Shown piece by piece: positions 27,909 to 36,772 of a DNA stretch of 64,000 nt. A program made the translations under genes and the position numbers. Every line of letters begins with the position of its first letter. The first letter of the stretch is position 1. Source of the DNA: Acidobacteriota bacterium (GTDB lineage Bacteria; Acidobacteriota; Aminicenantia; Aminicenantales; Saccharicenantaceae); assembly GCA_028749205.1 (NCBI GenBank), contig JAQULR010000008.1, positions 2,672 to 66,671 on the forward strand, in the 5' to 3' direction. The notes beneath the pieces were generated by a model. It searched no databases and was not told the origin of the DNA. It worked only from the letters and a program-made list of their open reading frames with translations.

Positions 27909-29252
27909 ATGAAGATGTATAATTCTTTGGCTATAGCCATTCCCGATATCCTACTGCCAGCTGAGGGGCTGGATCTCACTAAGTGGTCGGTAATTGCCTG
28001 CGACCAATATACTTCCGAGCCCGAATACTGGCAAAAGGTGGAAGATTTGGTAGGTCAGGCTCCATCTACCTTACATCTTATCTATCCCGAGGTTTACTTA
28101 GATGCTATCGATAAAGAGGAGAGAATTGCCAGAATTCAATCCACAATGAAGGATTACCTAAATAAAGGACTTCTTCGCCCAATTTCAGGGCTGGTTTATG
28201 TAGAAAGAGAGACGGCTCATGGCTGGCGAAAAGGTTTACTTTTCTGCCTGGACCTCGATTGTTATGATTTTAGCCCGCAGGCTAGCAGTCTTATTCGGGC
28301 TACCGAAGGGACTATCCTGGAAAGAATCCCCCCTAGAGTCAGGATACGAGAAAATGCCTGGCTAGAAGTCCCCCATATTATGATTCTGATTGATGACCCG
28401 GGCAATCTGGTCATCGGACCAGCCACTGATCACAGTAAAGAATTAAAAAAGCTATACGATTTCGAGCTGATGATGCAATCGGGCCGTCTTAAGGGCTATC
28501 TTGTAGATCAACCCAGAGTGGAAAATATGATCATCTCAGGACTCTCCAGCCTGGCATCGCCGAAAGAATTCCAGAAAAGGTACAACTTGCCAGATGGAAC
28601 CCCTACCCTTCTCTTTGCGGTTGGCGACGGCAACCACTCCTTAGCCACCGCCAAAACTATTTGGGAAAAAACCAAAGCGACTGCTAGTAATCCAGAAAAA
28701 CTGAAGGAATCCAATCTGCGTTATGCCCTGGTAGAAGTGGTCAATCTTCATGATGATTCTTTAGTCTTTGAGCCGATTCATCGAGTGTTATTTGGAGTGG
28801 TCAACCCAGACGGTTTCGAGCCAGAGCTAAAAACATTTTTCAACGGAGCCGTGGAGTTTCACCAACACCTCACCTTTGAAGACCTCAAGGCCGAGGTAAA
28901 TTCTAGAAAAAAACAGGAACAAATTGCCGGTATAATCAAGAAAGATTCTTTCAAATCTGTAAAAATTCTGAAACCAGTCCATAATTTAACTGTTGGCAGC
29001 CTGCAGTCTTTTCTTGATGATTACTTAAAAAAGAAATTAGCTTCTGACATTGACTATGTTCACGGAGATGAATCTCTCCTCAACCTTGCTAGAAAAGCTG
29101 CAGATAACCTTGGATTCTATCTTCCGGCGATGGATAAAAGCCAGTTGTTTCCGACTGTTATTCTGGATGGAGCCTTACCAAGGAAAACTTTTTCCATGGG
29201 GGAAGCCTGGGAAAAGCGGTTTTACTTAGAAGCCCGCAAATTAGTAGACTGA
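27909..29252 (+). CDS. DUF1015-like protein
   Basis: 447 aa. VIACDQYTS, GDGNHSLATAK and C-terminal LPRKTFSMGE resemble the PPYDV, ADGHHR and PQKSTYF motifs I recall for DUF1015. The match is divergent and was not searched. Confidence 0.55.
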   Translation: MKMYNSLAIAIPDILLPAEGLDLTKWSVIACDQYTSEPEYWQKVEDLVGQAPSTLHLIYPEVYLDAIDKEERIARIQSTMKDYLNKGLLRPISGLVYVERETAHGWRKGLLFCLDLDCYDFSPQASSLIRATEGTILERIPPRVRIRENAWLEVPHIMILIDDPGNLVIGPATDHSKELKKLYDFELMMQSGRLKGYLVDQPRVENMIISGLSSLASPKEFQKRYNLPDGTPTLLFAVGDGNHSLATAKTIWEKTKATASNPEKLKESNLRYALVEVVNLHDDSLVFEPIHRVLFGVVNPDGFEPELKTFFNGAVEFHQHLTFEDLKAEVNSRKKQEQIAGIIKKDSFKSVKILKPVHNLTVGSLQSFLDDYLKKKLASDIDYVHGDESLLNLARKAADNLGFYLPAMDKSQLFPTVILDGALPRKTFSMGEAWEKRFYLEARKLVD

Positions 29253-29299
29253 AACCCTGACCAAGACGTTTTATAGAATTATGATCGGGCCAGTAGATT

Positions 29300-30028
29300 T
29301 TATAGAATCTGGTTGAAGGCTTTTGAACTTTTAATCTGGCTCCAAATCATCTCAGGGGTGGTTTTCAGACCAACTGGCAGCTCAATAACAGGAACACCGG
29401 TTTGCCTGAAATAATCAATTAAGGGCTCGGTCCTGGTTAAGTAGAGCCGGTAACGGCGAGAAATTACTCCCTTCCGGTCATCATTCCGGCCCTGACGTTC
29501 CTCCTCAAGGTTAGCCTGGATTCTTTTTGTGGCTATCTCTTCTGAACAGCTTAGATTTATTACCAGCTCAATGCTGATCAGATCCTGAAGCCAGCTTAAC
29601 TGAGCCCAATGCCTCGGCAGACCATTTAAGATCAAGATATCATCAGCCCCAACTCCTGTTTTCTCCATAAAATAGTTGAGAATTTTTCTAACTAACCATC
29701 TATCCTTTTCTTCAAAAAGAGAAACCCTCTCCACCGACTGACAGATTCTTTCCAGCTCCTGGTTGCTAAAATATTTTTCTAAGTAAACAATCTTCTGATG
29801 CTTCTGCTCAGCTTCTAATCCCGGCTTTAATAAACTACTATCGGGTTGGCCAGAGCCAGTCTTGATCTTTTCTTTCTGTCGCTGCCTCGAGAGATTGATT
29901 ATTTCCCTTAGCTGGCGGCCAAAATCAAAATGCCAGAGAATTTTCCCTTTCGGTCTTTGCTTTTCGAGATAATCTCCTAAGGGGCTTTTCCCGGCTCCTG
30001 GAGGGCCGGTTATTAAAATAGCTTTCAT
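29300..30028 (-). CDS. adenylate-kinase-like P-loop nucleoside monophosphate kinase with internal insertion
   Basis: Walker A GPPGAGKS, ILNGLPR (compare ILDGFPR) and GRNDDRKGVISRRYRLYLTRTEPLIDYF (AK LID/core motif). A charged insert of about 60 aa follows FDFGRQLRE. Confidence 0.6.
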   Translation of the reverse strand: MKAILITGPPGAGKSPLGDYLEKQRPKGKILWHFDFGRQLREIINLSRQRQKEKIKTGSGQPDSSLLKPGLEAEQKHQKIVYLEKYFSNQELERICQSVERVSLFEEKDRWLVRKILNYFMEKTGVGADDILILNGLPRHWAQLSWLQDLISIELVINLSCSEEIATKRIQANLEEERQGRNDDRKGVISRRYRLYLTRTEPLIDYFRQTGVPVIELPVGLKTTPEMIWSQIKSSKAFNQIL

Positions 30029-30054
30029 AAATTTTAATCTTGAATAAGAGAAAA

Positions 30055-30128
30055 TGCGCCCGGCAGGGCTCGAACCTGCGGCCTGCTGATTCGTAGTCAG
30101 CCGCTCTATCCAACTGAGCTACGGGCGC
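30055..30128 (-). tRNA. tRNA-Arg (anticodon ACG)
   Basis: 74-nt cloverleaf read on the minus strand. Acceptor GCGCCCG/CGGGCGC; D stem GCTC/GAGC; anticodon arm GCTGA-CTACGAA-TCAGC; T arm GCAGG-TTCGAGC-CCTGC; discriminator A. CCA is not encoded. Confidence 0.93.
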
Positions 30129-30181
30129 CTGAGAAAAACTGCTTAAATCTTATCCCAGGAAGTTAGTTTTTTCAACCAGCC

Positions 30182-31186
30182 TTAACCAATTTTCAATACT
30201 GCTGCTCCGTTTACCCGGCTGTGCTTGACATCAATCAGCGCCTGGTTAGCCTCATCCAGTGGGTAAATCTGGATATCAGTTCTGACTGGAATCTCAGAAG
30301 CTATTTTCAGAAACTCAATCCCATCCTGTCTGGTAGCATTGGCCACGCTTTTCAGGCTTTTTTCAAAATAAAGTTCTCGTTCATAATCAATTTCGGTAAT
30401 TGGACTCATGTAAATCCCAGCCAGAGCTACTGTCCCGCCGCGGTCTACTGCCCTTAATGCCAGACGAGCCACTTCACCAATTGGGGCAAAAACGATCGCC
30501 CTGTCCAGTTTTGCGGGAGGAAGTTCATCAGGTTTACCGGTCCAGATAGCCCCAAGTTCCTGGGCATGTTTTCTATGCGCCTGGGATCTGGAAAATACAT
30601 ACACCTGACAGTCCCAGTACCTGGCCACCTGAATAGTGACATGAGCTGAAGCCCCAAAGCCATACAGTCCGAGTTTTTCCCCAGGTTTGACCTGGCTCAG
30701 TTTCAAGGCCCGATAACCGATGATACCGGCACAGAGCAAAGGCGCAGCCTGCTCCTCAGGAAAATTTTCCGGTAACTTATAGGCGAAATCTTCGGAAACT
30801 ACCATATATTCAGCATAGCCCCCATCAACCTGATATCCTGTAAACTGAGCTTGGAGACATAAATTTTCTCTTCCGGTTCGACAGAAACGACAGGCTCCAC
30901 AAGTTTTATAAAGCCAGGCCACTCCAACTCGGTCACCTCTTTTGAAATTGTGAGCACCCTCACCCAGGTTCTCTACATTGCCAACCACCTGATGACCAGG
31001 AATCCTGGGCAGCTTGACGGTTGGAAGCTCACCTTCAACTGTATGAAGGTCAGTATGGCAGACGCCACAATATTTTATTTTTAGCAGTATCTCCTTTTCG
31101 CCAGGGACAGGCTGATCCTTATCATGCAGTCGGAGCGGTAATTCCTCCGCCGGCTTGAATTCCGAAACGACCATAGCTTTCAACAA
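30182..31186 (-). CDS. zinc-dependent alcohol dehydrogenase
   Basis: GVCHTDLH catalytic zinc motif. Structural zinc cysteines CGACRFCRTGRENLC. GFGASAH Rossmann motif. Confidence 0.88.
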   Translation of the reverse strand: MLKAMVVSEFKPAEELPLRLHDKDQPVPGEKEILLKIKYCGVCHTDLHTVEGELPTVKLPRIPGHQVVGNVENLGEGAHNFKRGDRVGVAWLYKTCGACRFCRTGRENLCLQAQFTGYQVDGGYAEYMVVSEDFAYKLPENFPEEQAAPLLCAGIIGYRALKLSQVKPGEKLGLYGFGASAHVTIQVARYWDCQVYVFSRSQAHRKHAQELGAIWTGKPDELPPAKLDRAIVFAPIGEVARLALRAVDRGGTVALAGIYMSPITEIDYERELYFEKSLKSVANATRQDGIEFLKIASEIPVRTDIQIYPLDEANQALIDVKHSRVNGAAVLKIG

Positions 31187-31199
31187 AGATCTCCCTTTT

Positions 31200-32528
31200 T
31201 TATTTCTCAGTCGGGCCTTTCAGCCGATTGATCTTCTGGCCCAGGCGTTCTACTCTTTTTTTAAAGTCCTGTTCATATTTCAAGTTATGCCCCTCAGATA
31301 AAGCCAGACCATCCAGAGCATATTTGAGCGCTTCCTCCGGGCTTTTTTTTCGGTGCTCATAATAGATAGCCAGCTCCCGGAAGCACTCCAAATCTTCGCT
31401 ATTTTCCATAAGGTATTCCCAAAGTTCTATGGATTTCTCCCACTGCTTTTTCTTCTTATAATGATGGGCCAGATTTTTTCTAACTTTATTAGAAACCAGA
31501 ACAGGTAATTCCTTAGCCAGGGCTTTTTGGTAAAAATAAACCGACTTATCCAGCTCTCCGGCTCGCTCCCAAACCTTACCCACTCCAAGAAGTTCAGTAG
31601 CCTCAATGTCACTCCCAGCTCCCTCAAGACTCCTCGCTACCAGCACCGCCCCAGCCACGACCAGTCCGTAGAGAGACATTATGTCTTCCCTGTTGTGATA
31701 TATAATTGATTCCACCAGAGAAAAATCCCCAGTGCGTAGATATTGGAAATATCTCCAGGGAATTTCTTCAGAAGGGATATCTTCTGACCTATCCACTCCT
31801 AAACGGTTGAGAGCTAAATCATAGAGACGGCAGCTTTCATATTTATGTTTCCAGAGGTGTCGGGCACAAAAAAGAAAATCCAGATGAGGCCGGTCAGCCA
31901 ATGTTAACCGCTTCCGGTTTAGGGTAAACCTGGTCTCCAGAAGAGGTAGGTCGTAACCTTTACCATTATAGGAAACGACTGAGGTGAACTGCTTCTCCTG
32001 GAGAAGCCTTTCGAGGTCTGATAGCATTTGCGGTTCCGCAGCCAGGTCGCTAAGAAAATACTGAACCAGCTTAAATTCTTGATTCTCAAAAAACCCCAAA
32101 CCTATAAGAAAAGGCACAGTTCCGGTACCCCCAGCCAGACCGGTAGTCTCCAGATCTATAAAGACTGAACCGGATAATGACAGTTTTTCAAAGGCTTCAT
32201 CCCTGGCCAGAACAGCCAGGACTTTCCCCGGGACGTCAAGTCCCAGGGATAAAGGAATCTGCCCATAATGAGTATTACGATTGAAACTATTCTCCAGCAC
32301 CGAATAAGGTTGATGACTCCATCTGGAAGCTGGCTTGGGGCTTTCGGGTTTGGCCCGGTTTTCCCTCGAGGTTATCTGCTTTCTGGAAAGGGCCAGAAGT
32401 TTTTCCAGCTTGTCTTTGGTAGAGAGGTTGTTCTGAGAGTTTATGTTTTCCCAAAGCTCTTTGACTCGGTCTGGTGATTGATTTTTGGTTTTCTTCCTCA
32501 GGGATTCCTTCAGGTCATCAATATCCAT
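31200..32528 (-). CDS. RNase H-like (YprB-type) exonuclease domain protein fused to C-terminal TPR repeats
   Basis: VFIDLETTGL...FLIGL and YNGKGYDLPLLETRF exonuclease-fold motifs. The C-terminal 120 aa hold TPR-like repeats (YFYQKALA, YYEHRKKSPEEALKYA). Confidence 0.7.
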   Translation of the reverse strand: MDIDDLKESLRKKTKNQSPDRVKELWENINSQNNLSTKDKLEKLLALSRKQITSRENRAKPESPKPASRWSHQPYSVLENSFNRNTHYGQIPLSLGLDVPGKVLAVLARDEAFEKLSLSGSVFIDLETTGLAGGTGTVPFLIGLGFFENQEFKLVQYFLSDLAAEPQMLSDLERLLQEKQFTSVVSYNGKGYDLPLLETRFTLNRKRLTLADRPHLDFLFCARHLWKHKYESCRLYDLALNRLGVDRSEDIPSEEIPWRYFQYLRTGDFSLVESIIYHNREDIMSLYGLVVAGAVLVARSLEGAGSDIEATELLGVGKVWERAGELDKSVYFYQKALAKELPVLVSNKVRKNLAHHYKKKKQWEKSIELWEYLMENSEDLECFRELAIYYEHRKKSPEEALKYALDGLALSEGHNLKYEQDFKKRVERLGQKINRLKGPTEK

Positions 32529-32630
32529 GGTTTCTCTCTTTATCTTCTGTGTTTATTATACAATAGTATACTCCAGAAATAACTTTAGTCCTGACCATTA
32601 AATTTCAACCTCAATTAGCCTTACTTATAA

Positions 32631-33050
32631 TTATTCACCAAAAAACTGGAGAGCAATATTTCTGTTTCTGGACCTGTTATCAAAATCTATCAGGACAATC
32701 TGCTGCCAGACTCCTAACTTTAACTTACCTTTCTCAAAGGGGACAACCAGGGATGGACCGAGGAGAGCTGCTCTTAGATGAGAAAATCCATTGGCATCTC
32801 CCCAGCGTTCATCATGATAATAGCTTCGACTGGAAGGGATTAACTTTTCTAAGAGTTCAGACAGATCTTTAGCCAGCCCTGGTTCATACTCAATTGTGGT
32901 TACGGCCGCGGTTGAGCCCTGGACAAAGACAGTCACCTGCCCATCATTCAAGCCGGAACTCAGGAGCTTCTCCTGAACATCGCTGGTAAGGTCCCGGATA
33001 TCGTTATGACCATGGGTAGAAATTGTTATAGAATCACTAATAATTTTCAT
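32631..33050 (-). CDS. YjbQ/UPF0047 family protein (secondary thiamine-phosphate synthase-like)
   Basis: DIT..V, GSTAAVTTIEYEPG and GDANGFSHLRAALLGPS motifs. I chose the ATG at 33050, preceded by AAGGAG; the track TTG at 33056 is the alternative. Confidence 0.8.
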   Translation of the reverse strand: MKIISDSITISTHGHNDIRDLTSDVQEKLLSSGLNDGQVTVFVQGSTAAVTTIEYEPGLAKDLSELLEKLIPSSRSYYHDERWGDANGFSHLRAALLGPSLVVPFEKGKLKLGVWQQIVLIDFDNRSRNRNIALQFFGE

Positions 33051-33276
33051 CTGCAACTCCTTCTCTAAAAAATATAGATAATTCAGGCTGGAGTTTCAAA
33101 GGTTCGAATAACTTATTATCGCCTGTGACCCCCCTAAGACCCTACCCGAAAATTTGTGGCTATTAGAAATCAAGGTCTATAAGGGCTGGGTTTTAAGTAA
33201 GCAGAAACCTCCCAGATTTGAGTAAAAAGTTGACTATGTATTTCGAATTGAATTAAAATATTTGGGCCTTCAAATT

Positions 33277-35160
33277 ATGACCTCTGAAGATAAAAAAAGT
33301 CAGCAGCCTCTCCACAATCAACAGCGGGATAATCAGGCCTTCCAGCAGGTCAGAGATCTGGTCCTATTGCTCTGTAATACTATTTCTGCCTTGAAAATTT
33401 TCCCTTCTCATCATTCTTCTGCTATCCATTTTCGCCAGGAATTTATATCTAAGTTTGGAGCCTTCCTGGAAAAGTATCAGAAACTTGAACTAGAAGTAGG
33501 AGAATATGCCTTTTATTTTCAGGAAAAAGCCGTCTACCAGGATGAAATCTCCAGCAAAAGCCTGCCGTTCTTTTTCTACAAAGATGGTCTCAGACTGCTG
33601 GCCTTTTATCAAGGTATGGATGATCAAGAGATTAACGAGTTTCTGGACCTGGTCAGAACCGAATCAGCTAAACCAGCAGAAGAATCGGATGTGGTGAACG
33701 CTTTATGGTTAAAAGACCTGGCCAATGTTCAGTACTATGCCCCAGAAGAATTTATCGAAAATCGAATTCTGGAAGAAAGGGTTGAGAGTTTGACCAGAAA
33801 GGGTTTGCAGATCATCCCCCAAGAACTGGCCAATCGGACAGTAGAAATTAAAGTTAACCGAGAAAATTTGTTTTCCGGTCAGCTGGAGCTGCGACCCGAA
33901 GAAAAACAGGCTCTGGAGTCATTTGAGCCGCAGGATATCCCCGAGCTCCCAGAAAACTGGCAGCAGAGCTTTGATTTTGTCGAGAGAAAAGAAGACCGTC
34001 AGCCAGAACCAGAACTATCTGAAGCAGAAACAGTCAGCCCTGGGGCCCCAGGAAGAATTACCCTCAGTCAGCAAGAAATTGAAACCCTGAATGGCCTGAT
34101 CGAAAGAAATCGACAGCTGTCGAACGAAGAAGAATTTCTGAATCTTATGATGGAAATCCTGGCTATGGAAAAAGACCTTGATCTCTTTAAGGCTAATCTT
34201 GATATCCTTCAGGATTTCTATCGAGATAGCATAAAAAGTGGTCAGTTTGGCCTTCCAGTTAGGCTCAACCATAAGATTAAGGAACTGAAAACACTGATAT
34301 CAGAAGAACAGCCAGAAAAATTACCCTCCATAGAAGCCTTCCAGGCTGAAACCTCCAGCTTGAATATTCTGGACGAAATCAGAAAGCTGGTTGACCAAAA
34401 AATTGAGCTTCCCTACTCTTCCCTATTTGAATTTTTGAAGCAATTTGGAGAGCCAGCTCTGCCCTTTTTAGCTGAACTTTATGAAAAGATAGATCATCCA
34501 GATTTTAGAGCCAGTATCATTGAACTCATTAGAGACAAAATCCAGAAAGATCCCGGTGCTGTTGCTGTTTTTGTTGATGAGCTTAAACCAACCCTAACCG
34601 CCTCAGTTATAGAAACGATGAAAGGGCTTACCGTCAAAAACATCATTTCTCAGTTCAGCAACTTCCTGACTCTAAGCAGCAAAGAGCTGAAAATTCAAGC
34701 CATTGAAGCTCTGAGTTCCTTCAATGATGAAATGGCTAATAAAATCTTGATGGGTTTCATGCAAGATTCTGATTCTGAGGTACGCCTTAAAGCCGCCAAC
34801 AGCCTGAAGTATCTTGGGAATTCCAGTCGGTTGAAACAGCTAATGCGGGATATTTCAACTAAACAGTTTAGAAAAAAGCCACTGCAGGAGAGAAAAGCCC
34901 TGTTTGAGTTTTTGGGTCGAAGCAGAAACCAGGAAGCTTTTAATTTCCTGAAAAAAGTTTATCTAAAAAAGTCTTTCTTGCCAACAGCAACCGAACTGCG
35001 AATCTGTGCTGTCGCCGGACTGGAAGCTAATAAGACTGAACAGGCAATCCAGCTCCTTCAACGAGGCCAAAGATTTTTTAACCGCCGGGTTCGGCAGGCA
35101 GCTTCAGAAGCCCTGGTAAGACTTAGTATGAACAATCAAAAGGAAAGAAAAAATGGCTGA
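33277..35160 (+). CDS. HEAT-repeat protein with N-terminal module resembling that of the adjacent HD-GYP protein
   Basis: C-terminal HEAT/PBS-lyase-type repeats (DSDSEVRLKAANSLKYLG, RRVRQAASEALVRL). I chose the ATG at 33277. The 3' end overlaps the next gene by 8 nt. Confidence 0.6.
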   Translation: MTSEDKKSQQPLHNQQRDNQAFQQVRDLVLLLCNTISALKIFPSHHSSAIHFRQEFISKFGAFLEKYQKLELEVGEYAFYFQEKAVYQDEISSKSLPFFFYKDGLRLLAFYQGMDDQEINEFLDLVRTESAKPAEESDVVNALWLKDLANVQYYAPEEFIENRILEERVESLTRKGLQIIPQELANRTVEIKVNRENLFSGQLELRPEEKQALESFEPQDIPELPENWQQSFDFVERKEDRQPEPELSEAETVSPGAPGRITLSQQEIETLNGLIERNRQLSNEEEFLNLMMEILAMEKDLDLFKANLDILQDFYRDSIKSGQFGLPVRLNHKIKELKTLISEEQPEKLPSIEAFQAETSSLNILDEIRKLVDQKIELPYSSLFEFLKQFGEPALPFLAELYEKIDHPDFRASIIELIRDKIQKDPGAVAVFVDELKPTLTASVIETMKGLTVKNIISQFSNFLTLSSKELKIQAIEALSSFNDEMANKILMGFMQDSDSEVRLKAANSLKYLGNSSRLKQLMRDISTKQFRKKPLQERKALFEFLGRSRNQEAFNFLKKVYLKKSFLPTATELRICAVAGLEANKTEQAIQLLQRGQRFFNRRVRQAASEALVRLSMNNQKERKNG

Positions 35161-36607
35161 AAACCCAGCTAAACCTGAAACCACCGGAACCAATGGTAAG
35201 CAGCTTCAGAAGCTGGCCACTGATTTTCTAATCCGCTTCTATATCGTTTTTAAGATATTAAAACTTTATGCTGAAAATAATGAACTTATCCAGGAACAGA
35301 CTGAACTGCTATGGCAAACCTTACAGGCACTAAAGGAAGAAACTGAGGAAATTAGTTTCAAAATAAAGCGGGAATCAATTTTCTTTAACCAGAGCCGAAT
35401 AAAATTCTCTTTAAGCAACTATCCGATATTCAAATTTTTGCTGGAAGAGTTCCGAAAGCGGGACATCGGGCTGCTGTCAATATCTCCGGATATTTCAAAA
35501 GAATCGCTGTTAAAAGCTGTAGCCATAATCTGCCATAAAAGGACCTCCGACTCCCCTTTTGAGGACCTAATGGCCGAACTCGATCAGCAAGAGGTTAGGG
35601 GGCTAAATTTAGAAAAACTCGAGATTGCTGAAAGACTGCCGAGCCCCCAAAAGAGCTCAGCTAGATTATTTTTCCTGAGCATCCTCCATCTACATGAAAT
35701 ATCAGAAAGAAACAAAGAAAATGAAACGATCCGATTAAATACTACCAGGCGTTTGATCCAGTCGATTTTCAATCATTTAGTTGATAATGAATCATTTCTG
35801 CTCGGGTTAACCACTATTAAGAACCATGATGAATATACCTTAAACCATTCAGTAAATGTCAGCCTGCTGGCAGTAGCCTTGGGCAAAAGACTGGGTCTAA
35901 CCAGGGCTGAGCTGGTCGACCTGGGGCTGGCAGCCTTTTTCCATGACCTTGGAAAGATTGACATCCCGTTAGAAATTTTAAACAAACCGGGACAGCTAAC
36001 TGAAGCTGAGCGAAAAATCATGGAACTCCATCCCCACCAGGGAGCAGAGAAACTGGTTCACCTCCGAGACTTCCGGCGCCTGCCGGTGAGCGCTATTCAT
36101 GTGGCCATGGAACATCATATTAAAGAAGACCTGACCGGATACCCCAAATATCGACTAAAAAGTGATGTCAACCTTTACAGCCGGATTGTGAAAGTCTGTG
36201 ATTTTTTTGATGCCATCACCACCAAACGTGTTTACCGGAAAAAAACTTTTACCAGAGCCGAAGCTCTAAGCCTGATGCTGGAAAATATTGGCACGGAATT
36301 TAATCCGGTTATCCTGAAGAGTTTTGTTCAAATGATGGGCATCTTCCCGGTAGGTTCAGTGGTTTTGCTCAACAGCGGAGAGCTCGCCCTGGTGGTGGAA
36401 AGCAACCAGGAAATAAAATACCTGATGAGGCCCAGGGTGAAAATTATCGTAGATACGCAGGGCCAAAAAATCGACGGCCCGGAAGTTGATCTAATCGAAG
36501 TGGACCTGGAAACCGGGCAATATAAGAGAACTATTGTCAAGGAAATTGATCCTGAAGATTATGACCTTCAGGTACCAGATTATTTCTTGGTGCAGGCAGC
36601 CGACTGA
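35153..36607 (+). CDS. HD-GYP domain phosphodiesterase (putative c-di-GMP hydrolase)
   Basis: HSVNVS...FFHDLGK, HPHQGAEKL and HHIKEDLTGYP motifs (HD plus a GYP signature). Confidence 0.85.
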   Translation: MAENPAKPETTGTNGKQLQKLATDFLIRFYIVFKILKLYAENNELIQEQTELLWQTLQALKEETEEISFKIKRESIFFNQSRIKFSLSNYPIFKFLLEEFRKRDIGLLSISPDISKESLLKAVAIICHKRTSDSPFEDLMAELDQQEVRGLNLEKLEIAERLPSPQKSSARLFFLSILHLHEISERNKENETIRLNTTRRLIQSIFNHLVDNESFLLGLTTIKNHDEYTLNHSVNVSLLAVALGKRLGLTRAELVDLGLAAFFHDLGKIDIPLEILNKPGQLTEAERKIMELHPHQGAEKLVHLRDFRRLPVSAIHVAMEHHIKEDLTGYPKYRLKSDVNLYSRIVKVCDFFDAITTKRVYRKKTFTRAEALSLMLENIGTEFNPVILKSFVQMMGIFPVGSVVLLNSGELALVVESNQEIKYLMRPRVKIIVDTQGQKIDGPEVDLIEVDLETGQYKRTIVKEIDPEDYDLQVPDYFLVQAAD

Positions 36608-36772
36608 TTTTGCCAGGACTGTCCCTAAAACAGGACTTATCTTAAGATAACATCTTCAGGAAGTGATTCCCCGCAAATCGGCTAATATCCCCAGGCTCTC
36701 GGGTCAGATTATCTTACTGAAAAGTCTAATTAGCTGGTCTGGGAATAAACTTCCAATCTTGCTGCGGGCTGC

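Noticed and set aside
29269-29308. 11-nt direct repeat TTTTATAGAAT (29269-29279 and 29298-29308) between convergent genes.
   Set aside because: The second copy overlaps the stop codon region of the kinase-like gene. The repeat is short and AT-rich, and there is no dyad symmetry or third copy. It is probably chance or terminator-region AT bias.
29925-30113. 62-aa minus-strand ORF spanning the tRNA-Arg gene.
   Set aside because: It translates straight through a well-formed tRNA cloverleaf and overlaps the kinase-like gene start, so it is spurious.
33090-33115. GGTTCGAAT T-loop-like motif that might indicate a second tRNA.
   Set aside because: The flanking bases do not pair into a T stem (AAAGG against AACTT), and no acceptor or anticodon arms can be drawn.
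30029-33260. Possible integrated mobile or defence island next to tRNA-Arg.
   Set aside because: I found no integrase, no direct repeat of the tRNA 3' end and no transposase or phage genes. The neighbours are metabolic genes (ADH, YjbQ) with composition similar to the rest of the window.
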